Under the pieces are notes generated by a model. It ran no database searches. It was not told the origin of the DNA and saw only the letters and a list, made by a program, of their open reading frames with translations. The position numbers and the translations under genes were made by a program. This document shows positions 56,290 through 64,000 of a DNA stretch of 64,000 nt, piece after piece (the stretch's first letter is position 1; every line of letters begins with the position of its first letter). This stretch comes from Candidatus Bathyarchaeota archaeon. Lineage in GTDB: Archaea > Thermoproteota > Bathyarchaeia > TCS64. The stretch spans positions 12,899 to 76,898 of the forward strand of contig JAGTQU010000003.1 of assembly GCA_018396695.1 (NCBI GenBank), in the 5' to 3' direction.

Positions 56290-58356
56290 TTGAACGAGAG
56301 AGTGCTGATAATCTGTGAAAAACCAAGTTCTGCAAAGAAGATCTCTCAAGCCTTAGATGAAAAGCGAAAACCAGAAACATGTCAAGAAAACAATACCACC
56401 TATTACATAGCGAGAAGAAAGGGATCCGAGCTTATAATTGTGTCTGCTTTAGGTCATTTATATACTCTTACGCAGAGTGGAAAAGGTTGGTCATATCCAG
56501 TTTTAAAATTTGAATGGGTTCCAATTCACGCTATAAAACCAAACATAAAAGCTAAAAACTGTATTGATGTAATTGCTAAACTCTCGAAAAAAGTAAATGC
56601 TTATGTGAGCGCTTGCGACTACGACATAGAAGGCAGTTTAATAGCATACAACATTCTCATCTACGCCTGCGGCGCCGAGAGTTTGAAGAAATCTAAACGC
56701 ATGAAATATTCCACTCTAATGGAAGCCGACTTGATAGACGCATGGGAAAACATGTCTCCTAACCTTGATTACCCTGTTATCGAGGCAGGTAAAGCGAGAC
56801 ATGAAATTGACTGGATATTCGGAATCAACCTCAGCCGAGCTCTAACGCTATCAATCAAGAATGTTTTAGGAATCTATAAGACGCTAAGTATAGGTAGGGT
56901 TCAGGGACCAACGCTTAGATTCATCGAAGAGAGGGAGACTCAAATTCAGACGCATGTTCCAGTTCCCTACTGGACTATAGAAGCAAAAGTAGAGATCGAT
57001 GGAAAGGAATACAGATTAGAATTCGAGAAAGAAACCATCGAGACTGAAAAAGAAGCTTTGGAGATTGAATCTTCCTGTAAAGGGCGGGAAGGGAGAATAA
57101 TAGAGATAAAAAAATCTGTAAGAACCTTTCCTCCTCCGCCCCCTTTTAATATAGGAGATTTACAACAGGAAGCATTCTATCAGTTTCGAATATCTCCAAA
57201 AACAGTTCTCGGAATTGCTGAAAAACTCTACTTAAACGCTTTGATAAGCTATCCAAGAACCTCTAGCCAAAAACTCCCCCCATCTTTGAACATTGGAGGG
57301 GTCCTCAGGGAATTAGGTAGAAAAAAAGATTATTATCAATATGTTGTAAAGCTTCTTAACAAACCATTCCTAGCCCCTAGAAATGGAATAAAAGAAGACC
57401 CTGCTCACCCTGCAATCTATCCAACAGGAAATATGCCACAAAACCTCAAGATCCTCGAATTTAAGATCTTTGATCTAATCTCTAGACGTTTCATGGCTAC
57501 TTTTGGAGATTCAGCGAAAAAAGAAGATATAACGGCTTTCATAGAAGTAAACGGGTATAATTTCCATCTTAAAAGTAGTAGAATATTGGAACCTAATTGG
57601 ATAGAAATCTATAAACCCTATTTCAAAATGAAAGATGAGAAACTTCCTCTATTGAGAGATGGTCAAATCTTAAAGATCAAAACATTAAAAGCTTTGAAAC
57701 AATATTCAAAACCCCCATCAAGGTTTAATCATGGCTCGCTGCTTAGGGTTATGGAAAAGGAAAATATCGGCACTAAAGCCACGAGAGCAGAGATAATCCA
57801 TACGCTCCAAAAACGAGGATACCTCGAAGATAACCCTTTTAAAATTACAGATTTAGGGTTCTCAATAGTCGAGACACTAAGCAAATACTGTCCAGAGATT
57901 TTATCTGTTGAAACTACTCGGACCTTAGAAATGGATCTTGAGAACATTCAATATGAACAAATAAACTCTTGTGAGGTAGTGAGTAAAGCAATAGAGAAAC
58001 TTGAACCAATCCTATTAGAGATCAAGAAAAATGAGAGAACGCTGGGCAGAGAACTTGGAGAAACTCTAACTAAACTAACACGGAAAGAAAAAAGTATAGG
58101 CGTTTGTCCAACTTGTAAAGCAGGGGAAATAATAATACTAAAAAACAATCGGACTGGAAAAAGATTTGCAGGTTGCAACAACTATCGGAATGGCTCATGT
58201 ACTACAAGCTATCCCTTACCCCAAAAAGGCCGTATTGAACCAACTGGGAAAATTTGTCCTGAATGTAAAGCTCCAATAATTAAAGTCTTAGTTAGAGGAA
58301 GAAAAGAATGGATATTCTGCTTAAATATGAACTGCCCTACTAAGAGGAAGTTTTAG
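56290..58356 (+). CDS. topA: Type IA DNA topoisomerase (archaeal TopA / Topo III-like)
   Basis: EKPSSA, GHL, DYDIEG, SIGRVQGP, ISYPRT (catalytic Tyr), GTKATR and two C-terminal Zn ribbons. Confidence 0.95.
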   Translation: MNERVLIICEKPSSAKKISQALDEKRKPETCQENNTTYYIARRKGSELIIVSALGHLYTLTQSGKGWSYPVLKFEWVPIHAIKPNIKAKNCIDVIAKLSKKVNAYVSACDYDIEGSLIAYNILIYACGAESLKKSKRMKYSTLMEADLIDAWENMSPNLDYPVIEAGKARHEIDWIFGINLSRALTLSIKNVLGIYKTLSIGRVQGPTLRFIEERETQIQTHVPVPYWTIEAKVEIDGKEYRLEFEKETIETEKEALEIESSCKGREGRIIEIKKSVRTFPPPPPFNIGDLQQEAFYQFRISPKTVLGIAEKLYLNALISYPRTSSQKLPPSLNIGGVLRELGRKKDYYQYVVKLLNKPFLAPRNGIKEDPAHPAIYPTGNMPQNLKILEFKIFDLISRRFMATFGDSAKKEDITAFIEVNGYNFHLKSSRILEPNWIEIYKPYFKMKDEKLPLLRDGQILKIKTLKALKQYSKPPSRFNHGSLLRVMEKENIGTKATRAEIIHTLQKRGYLEDNPFKITDLGFSIVETLSKYCPEILSVETTRTLEMDLENIQYEQINSCEVVSKAIEKLEPILLEIKKNERTLGRELGETLTKLTRKEKSIGVCPTCKAGEIIILKNNRTGKRFAGCNNYRNGSCTTSYPLPQKGRIEPTGKICPECKAPIIKVLVRGRKEWIFCLNMNCPTKRKF

Positions 58357-58593
58357 ATGAGAAATAAATGCTCTATATGTGACCGTGAAAAAGAATCGGG
58401 TTCAGATTTATGTTATCGTCATGAAAAGGCGTATAAAAACTTAAAAAAAGTCTATATAAAATGGAAGAAAGCCGTCAATATTGATTGGAATGAATATCTG
58501 AAAGAAGTCATAGAAATACCTGAAACTGGAACTTGGGTTAAAGAGGTAGCTTTAAACTTGATTAATAATCAAAAAACACAGACTTACTTATGA
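58357..58593 (+). CDS. Small Zn-binding hypothetical protein
   Basis: CSIC...LCYRH (C3H) and ETGTWVKEV; starts immediately after the topA stop. Confidence 0.7.
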   Translation: MRNKCSICDREKESGSDLCYRHEKAYKNLKKVYIKWKKAVNIDWNEYLKEVIEIPETGTWVKEVALNLINNQKTQTYL

Positions 58594-58925
58594 ATTTCCC
58601 ACCTACTCTGCTTACCTTCTCTTATCCATACGGCGCCTAAGGTTTTAAGCATTTCATTAATTTGACTCCAAAGATCTCCTAAAAATCTCCGAGGAGTAAT
58701 GACGATTAAATCGTCTCTTTCCTCTATTTCAATAAGGGATAAATCTACTCCTAATGTTGAAAGCTTTTCAGTAATACTCTCGACAGATGAGACTATAGAT
58801 ATCTCTGATGGGCCCTGTTTCTCTGATATGATTGTTGGTTTTCCAATAGAGACGATTAAACCTATTTTTGATCCACATTCTGGACATATTATCCAATTTA
58901 TTTTAGTCTCTCCTTTTTTCTCCAA
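58584..58925 (-). CDS. Hypothetical protein with a CPECG knuckle
   Basis: ICPECG and C-terminal domain ITPRRFLG...LGAVWIREGKQSRWEI. Confidence 0.65.
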   Translation of the reverse strand: MEKKGETKINWIICPECGSKIGLIVSIGKPTIISEKQGPSEISIVSSVESITEKLSTLGVDLSLIEIEERDDLIVITPRRFLGDLWSQINEMLKTLGAVWIREGKQSRWEIHK

Positions 58926-59278
58926 TTAGACCCCTACGTAATTAAAAAGCCCATTAGAAGCTTAAAAATATGTGTAATTTTGAATCTATGATATCAGAAT
59001 GAGCCTATCTAAAATGCTTCCCTTATTTTTAAGACATGTTTCTAGTCTGAAATCTTGAAAGTTAATCTTCTATAAGGCATCAACAAATAAGCTTCGTATT
59101 TTTTCGAAGATCTAGAGAAAAATGTGTTGAATTGCATGAATCAATTAATTTTATCGTTCTAAAATATTATGTTCGAAGATTCGTATAGTTTCGAAGGTTA
59201 AATAAAATGTCCAAATTTTTCTACGACTCCATCAATAATTTTATTTCCTCTAACTAGTTATCATTAGGGCGATATATC

Positions 59279-59992
59279 ATGAGATTAACTGAAAAGATAT
59301 ATCTAGTAGGAGGCGCCGGTTTTGGATACTCTGCTAAAGGCGATTGCAATGTTTTTTTAGTAGATTGTGGAGAAACTTTGGCGCTGATAGATTCAGGGGC
59401 AGGAAAAGGAGTTTCCAAAATTTTTGAGAATATTGATAGAATGGGTCTAAAAAATAAAAGAATAGAGATATTATTCAACACTCATTGCCATTATGACCAT
59501 ATTGGAGGAAATTTTGATTTTAAAGCTAAGGGATGTAAAATTGCTGCTTATAGGGATGAGGCTGATGAGATTGAGAAGCTTGAAGAACTGTCGCTGTATT
59601 CTATGGCGAAGACTGAAGGACTTGAATTCAAGTCAGTAGAAGTCGATATACGCTTAAATGACGGCGAAATCATCGAAGTAGGAGATAGCCAGTTTGAAGT
59701 TATACACACTCCTGGACATACTCCAGGAGGAATGTGCTTGCTTTTCAGAAAAAATGGATGTAAAAACCTGTTTTCAGGAGACACGGCGTCAGCTCAAGGT
59801 AAACTTGGCTGGATAAATGGTCCTGGTTGTGATATTCAAGAGTGGAAAAAATCGATAAAAAAACTATTAAAATTTGAACCGGATCGTCTTTTCCCTGGGC
59901 ATGGAGTTTTTGTTTTATCGGAGGCTACTGAGCATCTTAGACTGTTAGATTTTAATATGAATATGCCTTGGACGGTTGTTATTCCTGGATAA
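59279..59992 (+). CDS. MBL-fold metallo-hydrolase (glyoxalase II-like)
   Basis: THCHYDH, HTPGHTPG, FSGD and PGHG. Confidence 0.9.
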   Translation: MRLTEKIYLVGGAGFGYSAKGDCNVFLVDCGETLALIDSGAGKGVSKIFENIDRMGLKNKRIEILFNTHCHYDHIGGNFDFKAKGCKIAAYRDEADEIEKLEELSLYSMAKTEGLEFKSVEVDIRLNDGEIIEVGDSQFEVIHTPGHTPGGMCLLFRKNGCKNLFSGDTASAQGKLGWINGPGCDIQEWKKSIKKLLKFEPDRLFPGHGVFVLSEATEHLRLLDFNMNMPWTVVIPG

Positions 59993-59995
59993 TTT

Positions 59996-60784
59996 TTGGG
60001 ATCATGTTTGGACAAGAGAGATAAAATTGTTTTATCGAATCCTAGTCTCGACGAAGCATATATTGCAATTAAATCTGGGATCTCAAAACGTCTTAACCTT
60101 GTTATTATCGGTAAATGTGTTGTAGATTATGAGGGGAGAGCAAGTTCGAAATTAGAGGCAGGAGAACGTATTGTGCTATTGAAATCAGATGGATCTATTC
60201 AAATTCATAGACCAAAAGAATCTATGCCTGTAAATTGGCAACCTCCTGGTGCGCTCTTTAAAACTAAGCTTGAAAAGGATAGATTGCATATTAGAGCCTA
60301 TCGGAAAACCAAACGAGAGGTTCTAGAGGTTGAATTTATTTACATTCTTGTTGTAATCTTGATAGATCTAACTGATGATGCAGAGTTTAACCTCTACGCG
60401 AGCGAAGAGGATATGAAAAGGGCAATCCTTTATGAACCTTCGTTATTAGAAGAAGGATTCAAACCTTTAACCTCAGAGAAGAAGGTTAAGTCCGGTTTCA
60501 TAGATATTGTTGGCTTTGACAAAAATAACGTTCTAACGGTGGCTGAAATTAAGAAAGACATGGTTAACCGAGACGCAATTCTACAACTGAAGAGGTATAT
60601 AGATTCTTTTAATTTAGCAGAGAAAGGAAAAATTAGAGGAATCTTAATTGCGCCAAGATTGGGGAAAGACTCTCAAAGATTGTTATCTACTTTAGGCTTC
60701 GAGTTTAAACGTTTATCTCCTCAAATATGTGCTGAAATTTTAAAAAAGAAAAGAAGAAAATTGATGACTGAATTTCTAATCTAG
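59996..60784 (+). CDS. nucS: Endonuclease NucS/EndoMS
   Basis: VDYEGRA, KSDGSIQIH, PVNWQP, SEEDM, GFIDI, EIK and QLKRY. Confidence 0.93.
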   Translation: MGSCLDKRDKIVLSNPSLDEAYIAIKSGISKRLNLVIIGKCVVDYEGRASSKLEAGERIVLLKSDGSIQIHRPKESMPVNWQPPGALFKTKLEKDRLHIRAYRKTKREVLEVEFIYILVVILIDLTDDAEFNLYASEEDMKRAILYEPSLLEEGFKPLTSEKKVKSGFIDIVGFDKNNVLTVAEIKKDMVNRDAILQLKRYIDSFNLAEKGKIRGILIAPRLGKDSQRLLSTLGFEFKRLSPQICAEILKKKRRKLMTEFLI

Positions 60785-61983
60785 TTTTTTTGAATTATAT
60801 CGAGTTTTTTTCCAACCTTTTCTAGAATGCTTATGACCCTATCCAAGTCCTTTAAGGATAGTTTCGAGTTCATTTGTATTCTTATTCTCGCTTTATCTTT
60901 CGAGACCATAGGATAGACTATGGGAACGACGAATATGCCTTCTTTATAAAGTTCTTCGCCGAAGCTTTTCGCCTTCTCGTTATCTCCTACAATAATTGGG
61001 ATTATCGGAGTCTGCGACATGCCTGTATCAAAACCCAGATCTTGAACCGATTTTTTGAAATACTCTGTATTTTTCCACAGTTTTTTCACATGTTCAGGCT
61101 CATTTTCAAGAACATCTATCGCAGCGATTGTAGCTGCGACTACTGGTGGGGGCTGAGAGGAGCTTAGCAGCCAAGTTCTACTTTTATTCCATGCGAATCG
61201 TATTAGGTCTAAGGATCCAGATATATGACCCCCTATTGTTCCATAGGCTTTGCTGAATGTACCCATCTCGATGTGGACCTCTCTATGAGTCAATTTAAAA
61301 TGGGAGACTATTCCTCTCCCCCCTTCTCCAAGTACCCCTTCTCCATGTGCATCATCCACATATAAAGTGGCTCCATGATTGGCTGCAAGCTTCGATATCT
61401 CTTTTATGGGAGAGATGTCTCCATCCATTGAGAAGACACCGTCGGTTACTATTAATATTCTCCTATAAGCTGGCTCGTGTTTCTCAGCTTCTTCAAGAAC
61501 ACGTTGAAGGTCTTCGACGTTATTGTGTTTATATACAATTTTTTCGGCTCGACTTAGTCTAGTACCATCTATTATACTTCCATGGTTAAGCTCGTCACTT
61601 ATTATGAGGTCATCTTTTTCAGCAATTTGTGGTATAAGTCCTGAATTAACCATGAACCCTGTTGGATAAGTTAATGATGACTCGGCTCTTTTGAATCTCG
61701 CAAGCCTCTTCTCTAATTCTACGTGGAGATCCATTGTTCCTGAAATAGATCGCACTGCTCCTGAACCTACTCCATATTTTTTAATCGCCTCGATTGCAGC
61801 TTCTTTTATTTTAGGATGAGTCGTGAGTCCTAGATAGTTGTTTGAGCAGAGGACTATGACTTCTCTTCCATCTACCATAGTCTTTGGTTCGCTGGGTCCT
61901 TGTAACATTCTAGGCGACCAATCAAGTTTATTCTCGACTAGGCTTTGATACTCTTTTTTAAAGAAGCTGGTCGGGTCTCTCAT
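60781..61983 (-). CDS. kbl: 2-amino-3-ketobutyrate CoA ligase (glycine C-acetyltransferase)
   Basis: SNNYLGL, LNHGSIIDG, DGVFSMDG, DDAHG and GTFSKA (PLP Lys); divergent from tdh. Confidence 0.85.
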   Translation of the reverse strand: MRDPTSFFKKEYQSLVENKLDWSPRMLQGPSEPKTMVDGREVIVLCSNNYLGLTTHPKIKEAAIEAIKKYGVGSGAVRSISGTMDLHVELEKRLARFKRAESSLTYPTGFMVNSGLIPQIAEKDDLIISDELNHGSIIDGTRLSRAEKIVYKHNNVEDLQRVLEEAEKHEPAYRRILIVTDGVFSMDGDISPIKEISKLAANHGATLYVDDAHGEGVLGEGGRGIVSHFKLTHREVHIEMGTFSKAYGTIGGHISGSLDLIRFAWNKSRTWLLSSSQPPPVVAATIAAIDVLENEPEHVKKLWKNTEYFKKSVQDLGFDTGMSQTPIIPIIVGDNEKAKSFGEELYKEGIFVVPIVYPMVSKDKARIRIQMNSKLSLKDLDRVISILEKVGKKLDIIQKN

Positions 61984-62074
61984 ATTCTAATCATGCTAGA
62001 GTATAGTTATTGGAAGCTATTAGACTTTCCATATACGCAATGTTTTATTTATATGAAAGTTAAGACTAAAATTT

Positions 62075-63040
62075 ATGATGACCTCTGTAAGGATGAAGAA
62101 AATCCTTGTTACTGGAGCATTGGGACAGATAGGGCTGGAGCTTACTCCAGTGTTAAGGAAAAGATATGGAAAAGACAATGTTATAGCCTCCGATATTCGT
62201 TCGCCCTCTAAAAATTTTTTGAACTCTGGACCATTTGAATCTTTAAATATACTTAATCGAACTGACCTTGAAGAAGTTATAAAAGTTTATGATATTGATA
62301 CTGTGTTTCATCTGGCAGCCATCTTATCAGCTACTGGAGAGAAGAATCCTCAAAATGCTTTAGAAGTGAATTTGTTTGGAGTTTACAATATTCTTGAAGT
62401 TTCTAGAAAGCTCAATCTAACACGGGTATTCGTTCCCAGCTCAATAGCTGTATTCGGTCCTGAAACATCTAAGATAAATGCTCCTCAAGATATTAGCCTT
62501 AGGCCTAGAACAATCTATGGAATTACCAAGGTTACCGGTGAGTTGCTGTCGAATTATTATTATTATAAATTTGGTTTGGATGTTAGAGGTTTACGATGGC
62601 CTGGAATAATAAGTACTTCTCCTCCTGGTGGTGGGACTACAGACTATGCAGTAGAAATGTTTTACTATGCTGTTGAGGGTAAGCGTTACAAATGTTTTGT
62701 AAGAGAAGATACTGTGCTCCCTATGATGTATATGCCAGACTGTTTAAAATCGGCGATAATGCTAATGGAAGCGGATCTTAGTAGATTGAAACATCACGCA
62801 GATTTTAATGTCGGTGGAATGAGTTTTTCTGCTGGAGAACTAGCCGCGGAGATTAAAAAGAGGATTCCGAGCTTCGAAGTTGATTATGAGCCAGATTTCA
62901 GGCAAGAGATAGCAGATACATGGCCTAAATCTATTGATGATTCAGATGCTAGGATTGAATGGGGCTGGTCTGCAAGTTACAATATAACCTCCATGGCGGA
63001 GGAAATGATAAATAAGCTTATGAAGGTGAGGAATACTTAA
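62075..63040 (+). CDS. tdh: L-threonine 3-dehydrogenase (SDR/GalE-like type)
   Basis: TGALGQIG, LSATGE, PSSIAVFG, YGITK, PGGGTTDYA and RQEIADTWP. Confidence 0.88.
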   Translation: MMTSVRMKKILVTGALGQIGLELTPVLRKRYGKDNVIASDIRSPSKNFLNSGPFESLNILNRTDLEEVIKVYDIDTVFHLAAILSATGEKNPQNALEVNLFGVYNILEVSRKLNLTRVFVPSSIAVFGPETSKINAPQDISLRPRTIYGITKVTGELLSNYYYYKFGLDVRGLRWPGIISTSPPGGGTTDYAVEMFYYAVEGKRYKCFVREDTVLPMMYMPDCLKSAIMLMEADLSRLKHHADFNVGGMSFSAGELAAEIKKRIPSFEVDYEPDFRQEIADTWPKSIDDSDARIEWGWSASYNITSMAEEMINKLMKVRNT

Positions 63041-63051
63041 AAATAAAAAAT

Positions 63052-64000
63052 TTAGCTAGTTAATACGGGTCTTATGTCTCCGCATTTCATAATTCCTATT
63101 TTACACTTTTCACCTTGGATATGATAGGCCTTCCTTAAGGCTTCTTCAATGGCTTCTGCGTGAATAAAGCCGAGAGCTTTCTTATCCTCTTGAGTTAACC
63201 CATGAGATACACAGATGACTTTTGCATGATTCATGATCTGGGAGTGAAGCATTAAGGCCGCAGCTGCTATTTTGTCTTTTATTTTTCCTGAGTCATAGAG
63301 TTCGCATACATTCTCATAATCTAGGTTGCCGTAGGTTTTAAGTTCTGGGTGAACAGTTGAGATTCCTTCAGGACAAGGGGTAACTAATATTATTGTTCCA
63401 TTTTTCTTTACTCCTAAACAAGCATAGTCAAGGGGTTTTGAAGCCTGCCAATATTCTAAATCTGCAGGGTAGCTAGAGACTATTACAATATCTGCTAATT
63501 CAGGTATTTTAGGACAGTAAATTTTGCTTGCGGAGTTAACCCCCTCTCTGAAAGCTTGGATGGGGTCTCCTACAGCAAAGTCAACAATTCTATCCTCTTC
63601 GTTGAGAATTGTGTTTACTATAAATTTTAGCCCTACTTTGATTGCTATCTCGTCGATTAATCTTCTGACTGGATGATTTATTTTCCCTACTATGTCAAAT
63701 ATGGGCTTTGTTTTTCCTGCGATTATATGGGTTCCTTCTATTGTTTCAATCCCGCATATTCCTGGTTGGACGATTTTTCCACCCCCCGCCCAACCTGCAT
63801 AGCAATGTGGAACAATATTCCCTACCCCGAGGATTAGATCCGAGTTATAAACTCTTTTACTGACAATTATGTTGAACCCCATTGATGTTTTACCAATGTT
63901 CACCAAGTCTTTTTCATCATGTGAATTGAAATTATGTATTTTAACGCGCTCGATTACCTCTCTGCCAAGTTTCTTCAAAAGTTCTTCGCTGGTCATTTTC
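63052..64000 (-). CDS. larA: Nickel-dependent lactate racemase family protein (LarA), 5'-truncated at window edge
   Basis: PHCYAGWAGGGK (NPN-anchoring Lys), GTH, YWQASK and CPEG; the frame is open to the window end. Confidence 0.85.
   Translation of the reverse strand, partial: KMTSEELLKKLGREVIERVKIHNFNSHDEKDLVNIGKTSMGFNIIVSKRVYNSDLILGVGNIVPHCYAGWAGGGKIVQPGICGIETIEGTHIIAGKTKPIFDIVGKINHPVRRLIDEIAIKVGLKFIVNTILNEEDRIVDFAVGDPIQAFREGVNSASKIYCPKIPELADIVIVSSYPADLEYWQASKPLDYACLGVKKNGTIILVTPCPEGISTVHPELKTYGNLDYENVCELYDSGKIKDKIAAAALMLHSQIMNHAKVICVSHGLTQEDKKALGFIHAEAIEEALRKAYHIQGEKCKIGIMKCGDIRPVLTS

Noticed and set aside
60781..61983. BioF or serine palmitoyltransferase assignment
   Set aside because: Divergent pairing with an SDR-type threonine dehydrogenase favours Kbl, and no bio genes are nearby.
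1..64000. CRISPR array, rRNA, transposase or integrase
   Set aside because: No regularly spaced repeats, rRNA-like tracts or recognisable recombinase/transposase motifs were seen.

Overview
Archaeal chromosomal segment, most consistent with Bathyarchaeia or a related TACK lineage. This is an inference from the class I LysRS, FEN-1, NucS, DUF35-thiolase, a BHB-intron tRNA, TATA-like promoters and the membrane-anchored wHTH/DUF1616 families. Positions 1-8.8 kb are the end of a cell-surface/glycosylation locus, AT-rich up to about 7.3 kb. It contains a polytopic membrane protein, a secreted clan GH-A glycoside hydrolase, a multidomain exosortase (exosortase + Cys4 insert + EpsI-like domain + C-terminal winged helix), a CapK/PaaK-like ligase, a 75-aa protein that is almost entirely signal peptide plus a VPEIP-CTERM sorting signal, and DUF1616-type proteins. 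The rest is mostly metabolism and housekeeping: a FEN-1/LigB-like ligase pair, RpiA, ThiT, GcvT/GcvH, a group 3b [NiFe]-hydrogenase operon, Nth, peptidases, a PadR-controlled MacB-type ABC/COG1361/Yip1 operon, LysRS-I, an ETF/beta-oxidation cluster, type IA topoisomerase, NucS, Tdh/Kbl and a truncated LarA. There are two tRNAs: Thr-GGT with a 20-nt intron, and Leu-CAG followed by a decayed ~0.9-kb islet. The most notable observations are the exosortase-wHTH system with its minimal substrate, a transmembrane one-component regulator with a 60-bp operator-like palindrome, an OSTC/DC2-like protein, a perfect 31-bp PadR-operator-like palindrome and the tRNA-Leu islet. All family calls come from motif recognition by eye; no database searches were run.
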